From Raillietiella orientalis (taxonomy: Eukaryota), in assembly GCA_036172245.1 (NCBI GenBank), contig JAYWIR010000044.1:1054001-1118000 (forward strand): a stretch of DNA of 64,000 nt, given 5' to 3'. The notes under the pieces were generated by a model, which saw nothing but the letters and a program-made list of their open reading frames with translations, did no database searches and was not told where the DNA came from. This document shows positions 37,465 through 48,764 of the stretch, in pieces; position 1 is the stretch's first letter; each line of letters begins with the position of its first letter. Made by a program: the position numbers and the translations under genes.

Positions 37465-39880
37465 ATGGATCTTTTTTCTTTTTCAGATTTTCCTCTTTTT
37501 AGTGGTTCGCCAGATGCTGAAGAAGGTGCTTAAGGGTAGCCCACGAAGCTTTTGGACGCTGTTCACGTACCCGAGGGTGCATGTGACTCTTCAAGTTGTA
37601 GGGGTGACCCCGAGGGACCACTCTATGGATCCAGGAAGGGCCCCGGAGGATGGAGTCTGTTCCTCTCTTACGCTTGATAGCAAAACTCCAAGGAAGCCTC
37701 TTGCTTATTCTCTCCGGAGGGACCCCCCGATTTGATGGCCATTCCTTGGTTCTTCCCAGAACAGAATCCGAATAGGATCCGCTGTTGGAATTTCTTCTCT
37801 AGAAGTAACCCTCAAGGGAACCACTCTTCGTTTTCTCTAAAAAGAATCACGAAGGGACGCTTCCCAATTTCCCTGAAGAAAGCTTTCCGAAGGAATCAGA
37901 GCGCTTCTTCAGACCCCGTAGAAGCGTCAGTCAACCAGCTCCGTGGTGCAGCTCCATTTTCGTAACCGGAGGCGACTCCCGAAAGGTTCTTGGATTCCTG
38001 GAAGGACCCTGGAGGATGCACTTTGAATCTCGATCAGTCAACAGGATCATCCGGTTTCTGACTTCCAACATTGCTGCCTGAGGATCCCCATGGTCCAATA
38101 CTTAAAGTACCTGGGCGTTCCGTTGGGAAAATTCTGCTCTGAAGAAGCACCGCGATCCAGCCGTCTTCAGAAATCACTGCAGACGCTCGCCCCGTTTGAA
38201 TGAGGCAGATTCCACCTGCCGGAACGGACCGCGGTGTGGAACACATCCGTGGACCCCCACATCCGCCCCCGTCGTCTTGTTTGTCCTCTACCATGCAGCA
38301 TCAGGAAGCGGACAAAGGACCTCCTCCGAATCGTCCTTTGAGTCAAAGGGAGACCCGGAGTCCTGCTGAAGGACTTCCGTGCCGAGACGGAGGCCTAGGA
38401 CTCTTGATGCTGGAGCGAATAGAGCTGCAACTCTAGTTTCGGACACTGGCCCTCATACCAAACCTCTGGAACACCACCTGGTGCCAACCTGCACGTCCTC
38501 TCGTCTAGCGAGCCACCGGCAGCCTGGGACTCGCCTCCTTCCTTGAGTGCCCTCCATGCAGTCTCATCCACTGCGGACTGCACCTTCGGCAGGTAGCCAC
38601 GCTGGCCAGGAAAAACGGATGGATCCCGTGCCGCCCCGCGAACGGTATTCCCTGGCTGCAAGTGGGCGAGGATCCAGGAGCCAAGCGCGGAACAGGTGCG
38701 ACGTTTCCTGTACGCGCGTAACAACAACTTCACGCTCCGGGAGTTCCTGGAGGATACCTCGAAGAGTGCATGGGCAAACAGAACCTCCTTTGCCGCCGCG
38801 CTGCCCTTCCTTAGAAAACACATGGGCCGCAGCCTCAAGGTTAGATGGGAGGTTACCGTGGGAACCTCCGGAAGGAGGAAAAGAATGGGGGAGTGGACGA
38901 TGGGCCAGCTCACCGACGCTGCCATCCCGAGTGCCCGACCTCGTGAACTTTTGCGCTGGGGCATGCTATTGGGTATTCCGGAGGAAGACCTGCAGTGGCC
39001 CCCGGTGCTCACGAACACCCGCGCGCTTCCCTTGAAGTGTCGGAAGTCGGCGTTGATGATGATGCACTGGAGTCTCTCGTCCCGCAACGCCCGCCGGCAT
39101 CTGTGTATCGAAACTGTGCAAGGTGAGGGGAGTGGGAATCCCTCCGGCACCTCCTAGTGGACGGTGTTGCACTCCGGCCTCTTTGAGAACGCTTTGCCGC
39201 GATCCTTGGAACCCCCGCTGGCCACGCCACGGACGTTTGAAGGCTCTTCTTCCCGAGAGACGCCCTTACGCCGGCAGACCGCATCCCTAGCAACACTATG
39301 CTGCCCTCTCAGCGGGATCGTAGCAGCATGGAGCAACACCAGAGGAGGCCATCTATTCTTGCTGTCCTCTTCATGAGGATGGCCCCAAGATGACCCCATC
39401 TGGGAGTCTTGAAACAGTCTTGAAATTGGCGGCATTCTTACGAAGATGCAGAGGACGCCCTCCAGCACACAGTCATCCCTTCCCGAACCCTCCCCGTTTT
39501 TTGACTGTATTTTTTTTATGTTTAATTTTTTCTTTTTGTTTGTCTCCCCTTCCCCTGTGCTGCCGAGTCGAACCCCGCTGGCCTGCGTTCCAGTTCCTGG
39601 CGGGTTCCTTCTCGTAGTTACAACTAACGCGGCAGGATCACACGTCCTGCCACAGACGTGTATGTTTATTTTATACATAAACGCTTCGGCATGACCAGGT
39701 ATAAAGCAGTGCCGCACACGAATAGGCCAATCAGCGCCATCCTGCGGTGGGAACTTGAAAACCACGACTCACTCATTTCTCAGCATCCATCCTTCCGCGG
39801 ACGGGATTCGAACCCGCAACGTTTGATACCATGCGTTGAGGCCGCAGTCATGCGGCAGTCCTCGGAGAGCAGTCGCAGCC
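37465..39880 (-). mobile_element. SINE-like repeat copy interrupted by a LINE fragment (38079-39708)
   Basis: Same blocks as 20640-21100 at 37600-38075; GGGATTCGAACCCGC at ~39803 (perfect B box on the minus strand). Confidence 0.7.
38079..39708 (+). mobile_element. 1.6 kb 5'-truncated copy of the L1/Tx1-like family inserted in the SINE-like repeat
   Basis: LKYLGVPLG, RDGGLGLLMLERIELQL, LLRWGMLLGIPEEDLQWPP, 3' UTR with hairpin at 39631-39651, ends AAAGCA. Confidence 0.85.
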
Positions 39881-40240
39881 ACGGGAGGCGTCCTTCTGCG
39901 CATGCCCCCCGCATCATGCGAATCCTTTCGCGCCGAAGGTGTGCTCTGCTTATCCAGGACGTCCCAGTACTTGATGAATGGATCCGTCTGTGACGGCCAG
40001 TGAAGCGCTGTAACGGAGAAGACCGCAGATGTGCCCTCCGAGCAGGAGGGCGCAGCACTCCGCCTGCTCGCGTGCAGACTGTGCATCCCGCAGCCGCCGG
40101 GAGGACACCTCGACCCCGCTTCGCGTCGGAGAAGGGCCGAAGGCGGGCTCGGCACCTGTGCTGGGATGCGGGTGAGAAATCCTCCCGTTCTTTAGTTCAC
40201 CGGGTGGAAATTCCTCTCCGTGGCTTTCTGGAACGCAGCT

Positions 40241-41430
40241 TGGGTTTCCACCGGGGTTCCCGGGGCGTTTATACATTAAAAATAAACATCACAAAGGTGG
40301 TAGGGTCCACTGACCCCACCACATCCAGACCATTACAACCTTGCTGTGAATCAGGGAAAGATGGCCTCGACAACGTAGGGGGAAAGAGGAAAGAAAAACA
40401 TAATAAAAATAGAAACAGGAATAAAATAACTTTGGGGGGCACGGGAAGGGATCACAGCCTGCTGGAGGCTGTCCTCTGCATCCTCTCGATGCCGGCAAGC
40501 TGCTTTTGCATTTTGTTCTAGCGGTGCCATCTCTCTGCCCTTCGCAAAATCAAGTGGATGGCGTCCCGAGTGCGTCCTCCTCTGGCGTCGTTCCAGGCCC
40601 TCACAGTCCCGCGTAGGCTGCAGAGAGTTGCTAAGGATGCGGCTGGAATCAATCCCTCGCACAAGAACGGGGGTTTCAGTGCGTCCATGGGGTTGTCACA
40701 TGAGGTGCGAAGGACGGTCTCTGCGAAACGATCGCGAAACGGTCGCAGGGTCTGGGTCCACCCCTTCCTTCCAGGTCCAGAAAGGCCAGTGATATCGGCG
40801 CGTGTTGCATAGGGAGGTCCCAGTGCAACAGCAGAAGCGTTGAGTCCTGCCGGTGGAGAGGGAGGATGCGGCTGCTCAGGGACGTAGGGGGTCACTCGAG
40901 ATCTTCACGAGGAACTCTCAACAGCTCATCCCAACTCACAAATCTTTCCGGCTGCTGACTTAGGATCTCAGCATCTGCATCAGCTGGCATATGTTCCTGC
41001 ACCTGGAGATGATTCATTTGGCCTGTGGAATGCTGCCGATGTGCTCCCACAAGGAGGACAGAGCCGCGGCAGGGGAAGTGCTCTTTCCGCCCACACACAC
41101 CTGGTGGGACGCATGATGGTCTCCTGGAGCGAGCGGCTGCTGCAGAAGGAGCGCAGCAGCCTCTGCCACAAATCCGGACTTGGCTCGTTGATCTTCGCTC
41201 ACGAGAGGAATAGCTTCCTACAACCAGGCGCTGCCCTTCGCAGGACGATGCAGCTCGGATGTGTTTCCTAGGAAACGGGCTTTCGGAAAGAGCTAAAAAT
41301 AACCGAGTGGAGTTCAAAGAACGGTGGTCATCAGCGGAGACCTTTGAGAGCAATGCGGGAACCCGCTCGTCTGTCTCCCGTGCGCTCTGGTGGCAGCCTG
41401 TGGGTTTGCACCTGGTCACGACGGGGCGTT
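40241..41430 (-). mobile_element. 5'-truncated copy of the L1/Tx1-like family
   Basis: VSWDELLRVPREDLE (cf. LLGIPREDLEWP), AWNDARGGRTRDAIH, 3' UTR with hairpin at 40297-40322. Confidence 0.75.
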
Positions 41431-41849
41431 CATTTAAAAATAAATAAGCTGTAAATCATTAAACTACTAAATCAGAAGACAGCGTCTCCTGAGTGCATAA
41501 CAACAGCAGCAGCTCGTGGGAGGAAACTTCCGGGAGGAGAGCGTTTCCAAGCGGTTACCACCGCCAGCTCCTCCTGCAGCACTCTGTCAAACGGAACGGA
41601 AAGTTGCTGGGCAGGCAAGCCGTTGAAGAGGTGAGCATCTTCCCTCCTGGCACTTTTGCAGCGCAGACCGCGGGGTGTCAGTCCTCGGGGAGCAGTCGCT
41701 GCCGTGGGTAGCAGCGCCAAGCATCGATTCGCGTCCCGCCCGCCGTTGATCTCGTTATGAGCCCCATCAGCTCAGCGGACCGCACGGAATACGCGTAGCG
41801 TTTCCAGAAATCGACGTGGCAACGTTCCTAATTCGCTCAGTGGGACGCA

Positions 41850-42300
41850 AGCTAAAAGCCCAGGCAACCCCGGGTTCGAACGGGAAGAGGACGAAAGGAC
41901 ACAAAGTAAAAAATGGAGTCCATCAGAGAGGCGGGAAGTGCAAATCACAGATCCAAGAAGCTCTCTGGCAGCCGCCTAACAGAGGATGCAGAAGATGCTC
42001 TTCATCCTCCGTACTGAGGGAAATTAAGATGGGCGACTTCCGAGACGCTGGCGTTTGTCCAGAGCTGAAATCATTCAGTTCGCACGCCGCGTTCTTCAAG
42101 GAACAGTGCCTGCAGCACCGCAGGCTGCATACCAGAACTGTGGATGGTGACGCCTTCTTGTCAAACGCGCCTGCCACGTGATTTGCTCTTCAGAGACAGG
42201 GCGAAGTCTTGCAACACCGCTTATTCTAAACAGCTCTCCAGGAAGGATGCCGCTGAGAGGCATCGGGAATGTGGATGCCTGAGGTAGCAAGTACCTTTCT
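41850..42300 (-). mobile_element. Possible Helitron helicase relic
   Basis: STFPMPL..ARL..ITWQ (cf. HSxFxIPL..IIWDE). Confidence 0.3.
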
Positions 42301-43834
42301 TTACCCTTCGAGTACTATGCACGCATAGATGCGTCCGACCAAAAATTATCGCCGTGGACCATAGACTCATATAATGCGTTTGGCAAATGTTTTTTACCTT
42401 CTACACCTACAAGGTAACACTATGCTTGAGATGGACCCAGACACTTAAAGTCGTCATCATTACCTTAGCAGCGACAGTGAGCAAAATTCTAGCTATATCG
42501 GCTAACTGTTCTTCTCGGTGCCGTATAGAATTCATTATATTGTTTTTTTTTTTTTTTTTATCTTTGTGAAAAAATGCCGAACCATTTTGAAGAGATTATT
42601 GCAAGAGACGGCAGTGAAATGGATGAAGAGTCGGATTCGAATGAAGCATATGAAGATGAAAGGGAGAGAATATCCCTATGCTTTTCATCGTCATTGATTC
42701 TGAAGATAGGAAAGGCATTATAGATAATAGAAAAGCCAAATATAGATGCGAAAATAGAAAACGTATGCTTGGGAAAAATGAAAATGCTTTATTTATTGTG
42801 GCATAAATGAACAATTATATTGGCAACTTTGATCAGCACTTTCTATGGTCAATCGGTGCTTTGATGGAGAACGCGGCACGCTAAAAAGCGTTCCGTCCAC
42901 AGAGGTCGCCACTGCGGCTCGCTTGCCAACACGGAAGTTTCAGTCTGATGAACTTCACACCCAAAGGGCTAATAGCGAGAGAAAATCGACACAAGTCGTG
43001 ACGGTGCACAGCACGCGCAGTGTTCAGTGTGGTGGCTGCGCAACCGCACTGAACGAAACACTGCAGCAGCGGAACAGGCGTGAAGCGACCGAGCCCCATT
43101 CACCCCTGAATGTGCATGAACTCATATACGAATGGCTTTGCGCAAGGATTAAAGGAAAGGTTCGGCCGTCTTCTGCTGATGCCAGAAAGAAAATGCCCAG
43201 ATCTCATTTCTTGAAGAGGCTCGTGAAGCAGTAGCGGAGAGTTGAGGTCGGCATCTCACAGTCACCAGACACATTGCTGTCGCCAACACCACGCATGCCT
43301 GGTCCACGCTCCGCAAAAGTTGCTTCACAGCTCAGTCGACGTTTCCTACCAGGCCTCCCATCACTCGTGAGACAAAAGAAAACGAAACGGACTGGCAGCC
43401 TTGAGTTGGCTAGCGCTTTGCCATGGAAACCAGGCCTTCATGCACCATTAGCCCAACCGTGCCCAGTCTGACCAGCGGTAATGTCCGTTGATTGAACAAC
43501 TTTCATATCATTCACACATTTCTGCAGACACCTTGTTGAGTGTTCCTGCATGCAGAAAAAGTTCAAGGTCACTTTCTTCCTTCGCGTTAGGGATTGTTTC
43601 TCTGGGAGGGGGTCACTGGGGTCTGATGGAAGTTCCAACCCCTCCAGCAACGATCCGCTATTTTCTCCAAAATGCAGCGGTATGTCTCTGCCTCAGTCCC
43701 CGATACCGATTTGCTTCTGTAAAACTGCCTGGAGGATGCTCGTAGAATGCAGTAGCACGCTGGTGTTCCACATTTTTTGTCCTTATCACGGTGCTCGTGA
43801 TGAAGAGGGCGATGATGGTGCAGGCCACGGGATT

Positions 43835-44547
43835 GCAACAGGGAACGATACCGTTCCCTTCAAACGTTCCTTCCAGGATCTCCATCTTTGTTTCCGTCTG
43901 CCGGCCGGTCACCGCCTTCAGCTTTGTCCAACCCTGGAGCAGGTGGGACTCGCTGCCCGACGCTGCGTTTCCGAATCTCCGCAGACCTTGCAGAGCACGT
44001 CTTGGTTGTCGCATGTCCGATACTTCCTTCCTTCCTTCCAGGATTTCCCCATGGTAATACGTCTGGAGGTCATCTCGACTGTACGCGGTAGGTCGCTCCT
44101 CCGTACCGTTGGGCGAGCAGTTTCATGTTCCGGATCACCTAGAGATCCCGCAGACCTTGTCGGGTGTGTCATCCTGTTTCCGTTTCCCTTCATTCAATCG
44201 CGGATGTTAGCTCTGGTGATCAGGCGCCTTCGTGTTTCCAGATCTCGCGAGTCCTGTGGCTGAACCTTCTCATCATTTTCGTGACGCGGAGATGCAACCG
44301 CGTTTTGGGGCAGCTGAAACTCGTGACGAACTGTTAGCAAGTCATTCGCGGATGGTCATTCGTGGTTTCTGGAGCATCCATTGTCTGATCTCCGGAGGGA
44401 CCCTTATGAAATAAGTAATCACCATGGTGACTTCCTCCTAACGCAGTTCTTTGGCACCTTGGCACCATCTTGAGTAGGCTTTCCGCACGGATTTGCCAGG
44501 GAGTTCATCATTGAAACAACAACAGAAGACGTGTTCAGTAGCAATAG
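43835..44547. repeat. ~710-bp near-identical direct repeat, copy 2
   Basis: Offset 27722 from 16113-16825. Confidence 0.95.
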
Positions 44548-45340
44548 TGCTAGAACACTTGGTTCTCCCACGTGCTTGAAACTTGCCACGACCGTTACCT
44601 TGACCAGCGAAGTCCGTTTCCACGGAAAAGGAAAAACCGAAAAAGCAAACAAACAAAAAAAAGAGAAAGAGTTTTGGGGGAGGGAGGATGGAAAAGTCGC
44701 CGACACATGTCGCTGGGAGACGCCTTCTGCATCCTATCCAGGATGCTGACAAGTTCTATTGTGGGTTCACCCAGGTGGGGTCATCTCGGGGCATTCTTCA
44801 GAAAGGTCCGCGGCCAGTGGATGGCGTCTCTTCCATTTCGGCCTCTTCTTCTGGCGTTCCAGACCTTCGCGATCGTGCGAAGACAGCGGAGATCCAAGAG
44901 GGACGTGACTGGTGGTGGCAGTGAGGCACCACGCATGAAGAGGCATCTGAAAATGTCCCTGTGGCCGCCACTGGGATTCCTAGGATCGTCGAGAGACGAT
45001 GTGAAAAGGGTCGGAGGGCTCCAGCAAGAGGTGCAGTAAGGTCTCCTCCTCGCCGCACTTTCCACAACTGGCATTGGCATCGCAGTAGCAGCGTCCGCTA
45101 ACTGCCGAGTTGTCCACGTGCTCAGAAGTTTTTCCCTGTCTTCGGTGCGACGGGGCACCTTCAGTCGGTGGGCGACCACCAGTACCTGTTTTTCTGTCTA
45201 CGTGGTATCGATGTTCCTCCCATCTCCGTGTTTGCCTATTAGAGCTGACATGAGGCTCGAGCTGTTGACCAGCTTCGAGTAGGCTCTGGGGGCTGCTCAA
45301 GGCCACGGGTCGTTTGCGAGATCCAGGCGCTATCGAGCGT
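44548..45340 (-). mobile_element. 3' copy of the L1/Tx1-like family; 44570-45020 is a near-identical inverted copy of 14010-14465
   Basis: ASCGKCGEEETLLHLLL zinc finger; LLSTWTTRQLADAA; matching ORF translations 13774-14457 vs 44572-45039. Confidence 0.78.
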
Positions 45341-45449
45341 CAACGCCAGCCCAATCCATGCGATTCCGACTGAGCGAGCGGCCGAGCTGTGCCGTGCATT
45401 TGCAAGTATCAGTGTGATGCAACACGTGTGATGACTCCGAACATTGCTT

Positions 45450-46500
45450 TTAGGCAACCTGAAGGCACACGGAATATTCCTGTCGGGGCAATCAGGAACA
45501 GATGTGGCTTAGTGGCCCTTCCTTGAGGTGCGCATGCTTAGGCTTACTGCCGCAAACAGAGCTGGGATTATAGAATGATTCAGAATTGGAATTTTATTCA
45601 GCTCGAGAGCGCGGAATTCTGTGATGTTTCGTGGGTCAATGGGCAACGCCTGTGGCTCCGCAGGTAGTGCGCAGTCAACTTCCAGATACTTCCTCCATAG
45701 CATTCAAGGCATGCAATACGGTGCTGTGTGCCTTCGTCTTTGAATAACACACTTCCAAATGATGGCAGGAAAACTGAAATGCACTAAATTTTCCTTGAAA
45801 GTCCTAAAACCTCGCACCATCCCTGATACAAAGAAGCATTTCATTCTGCCGCCTTTGCCCCTTTCATTCAAACTGTCTTTTCCAGGGAGTGCTCCATGAA
45901 AATTTCCACCCGCTGCCAAGGGAACATCGCGATTGCTTCAGCCGGTTGTACGAAGAGGGCTTTACACAGTCGTTAAGAGAATTCCCGAAACTCTTTCGCA
46001 ACCGCCACTTCTTGCGATCATGACGGAGGACTCACGCTGTCTGCACGTCAACGGCGCGTCACGTGACGGCGTGTGATTGAGCAGCGTGGAATCGTGGGCT
46101 ATAATTTTCAAAGAGCCCTCTCGACGAGTTATCTAAATGGGCCAGAGGCATTTGTATCAGTGCCAATCCATGACGTGTCAGTAATGGAAAGAAAGTTGCT
46201 CCAGCCTTGTGCAGTATTGGTGAAAATTGGAGGCGCAGCATCTGCAGTATGAATGCAAGCCTTCAGCCACAGGAGTTTGCACCGGCTCGCTGCAAACATC
46301 AGCAACGAGCAACTGCATGGGATTTCCAGATCACGGGATCTCCCGATCAGCAGTGACGATCCGAGAGCGCCAACGGCACGTGGTCAGCGGTGGACGATTT
46401 GTACAAACGCCCTTGGAAGCGTCTTTGCGAACGTGTACGAAATTCAGTCGAGCTCCTTCAGGGAAACCGAAACCGCGAAGTGCACTTCAGTTACGTCAGT
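45450..46500 (-). mobile_element. Helitron relic (linker to helicase)
   Basis: IGRSRDL, LFENY, CFFVSGMVRGFRTF (cf. CFFxDGxGGTGKTF), ALFAAVSLSMR. Confidence 0.45.
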
Positions 46501-47808
46501 GGAAGCTGGGATCAAAAAATAATAATAAAGCAAAATAAAATCACGAGCAGACATCGTAGAATGCCCTGGCATTTCCATTACCCCACTCCTAAAAGTGAGC
46601 GGCGGTTTCTTTTTTCTTCCTCCTTTGCAGAGCCGGCCGCAACTGCTGCAGATAATCACGTCGGTCGGGGTACCAGTCACAGCTGCCAACATCATGACAG
46701 CTTTCCGTGCTGTTATTCGCACTTGGAGATATGTGATGAGATGGTGGAGATGACATCATTGGTAGATTTCACGATTCCTCAAATTACCGATCCTTCAAGT
46801 CCTTAAATGCAGTTTATAAGCCGAATTTTCGATGCACCCGCAGATTCGTGCATCTTCGGACTCTTCCCGAGTACGATTAAGTTCATCGACGCTTCTCATT
46901 CTATGAGCGGAACGCTCGCTTTTCTTTTTCTGTGCGTGAGGTGACTGCTAATTTTTCTTTGTCAGAAAATACAGACTTTGGAGGGGAGAGAAATCCAAAT
47001 TAGAGCTTTCCCCGTTAACTGTTTAATACTTGAAACGGCGATGAAGAGAATTCGTAAATCTCTCGCCAAATGGGATGATTTACTTTCTTCTTAACAAGCA
47101 CTTTATTCGATAAGATTGATTTCGGAAATTTTTCTCTCTCCTTCCTCGAGAAGAAAAACTCTAATTTAAGATAGCTTAGGGAAGAGGGAGAAGCAAAAAA
47201 AACAAAAACAAAAACACAAAAAATGAAAATGGATTTGAAATAATATCAATATTTTCCCATAGAAAATGGTCAACGCTTGGGTGTAATCTCCAGGGACAGA
47301 CTTTAAATTAATGGCAAGATAACAGGACTACAATGATCACACATGGTGGAGATTTCATGTAGACTCTGGAGCTGGGTACGCCCACACATCAAGCAAATGA
47401 AACAAATGCATAATCTGTATAAGCCTACCGGAGAAAAAACCATAGCGAGCCAAAGAAAAAAGAAACTGCAAGCCCTCTGTGGCGGGAGGTTCAACCGAAA
47501 ACAAAGACCAGCAAATTGAAGATGGCACCCCTGACAGAGGTGCGCGGATGTACTTTCCTCAAGTCTTGCACTGGATCATGGACATACTTTGTCAATGATT
47601 TCCTCCGGACTTCAAATTCCTCCACTGCTTCATATTCACCCATTCGTGAACACTAAATGGATAGCATTCGCAATTTACCTCACGTTTGATGGCTCGTTTA
47701 ATCACTTCTCCACCTTCCTACGTGCTTTCTCGCACTCAGGGCAAAGCCGCGACACCGTCTGCAGGAACAAATACCTGCCGGAAACCGCGGACACAAATCA
47801 AAATGATG

Positions 47809-47834
47809 CATGTGTGTGTGTGTGTGTGTGTGTG
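47809..47834. repeat. (TG)n microsatellite
   Basis: About 12 TG units. Confidence 0.95.
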
Positions 47835-48109
47835 TTTTCAAAGCAAACGACTAGTGTCATCGAGGCGGAAACATCAACTGCAAACGCTGCAACCCCACTG
47901 TAGCAAATCCCGGACCTGCCACCTTTTGGCACAGAAACCTTTTCCCGAAAACCGGGCAAAGAACAAAGTGGTAAAACACTTTCTCTTTAAGGTGCCTCTA
48001 AAGTGGAAATGCAGCTTTCTCGTGAAGCACAGACTTCGACGAAACGATGCCCATTCCTTGCAGAGCCTTTTTAACGGCAACGTCCGCCACCTCACACATG
48101 GAACCTCTT

Positions 48110-48490
48110 CTTAGCAAGAGGTTCCACGTAAACAGGAAGGCTCCGGTGGAAGAAGTCCGTTCCTCCTTACGCTTGGTGGAGAACCCTGAAGGGAATTTCT
48201 TCCCTTTTATCTCCGGAGGGATCCTCGAAAGGGAGGCGCTCCTCATTTCTTCTCCGACGGGAACTCGAAAAGGATTCGCTCCTCGTTTCCTCCTCTGAAG
48301 AGAAGTCCGATGGGACGCATCCAGATTTATCCCCGAAGGGATCAGCGTGCTTCTTACACTCGGGAGAGACAACCCCCCGACGAGGGGAACCTGATCATGC
48401 TCTTTGATTCCTGGAGGGGCCCCGGAAGATCAAATTCCAATCCCGGCCAACCAAACGGGACCTTTGGTTTCCGGCTTCCAACCTTAGCCT
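48110..48490 (-). mobile_element. Partial SINE-like copy (subrepeat body) just 3' of ELP1
   Basis: GTCCGTTCCTCCTTACGCTTG, TCTCCGGAGGGATCC, GATTCCTGGAGGGGCCCCGGA, GTTTCCGGCTTCCAAC shared with the other copies. Confidence 0.6.
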
Positions 48491-48764
48491 ACGGGCCCAA
48501 ACTTGGAAGGCACACCCGTAAGCTCGTGGGGAAGACGAGGCCATCGCCTCGCGAGGCACGCGAGTCAACAGATCGAACAACGGGTTTTCCAGAAAGGAGA
48601 ATCCAGGAACCAGGAGAAGGAGTCTCCCGAGAAGTTGCCTCCGCTCTGCCCTCACCATTCGAACAAAGCGCTCGCCTCACAACCGCCCAGGCGAATCGTC
48701 AGGGACGCTGCCTCCTGGAAACGGCCAACTGAACGAGAAGACGAACCCCGGGAGATTTCCGATT

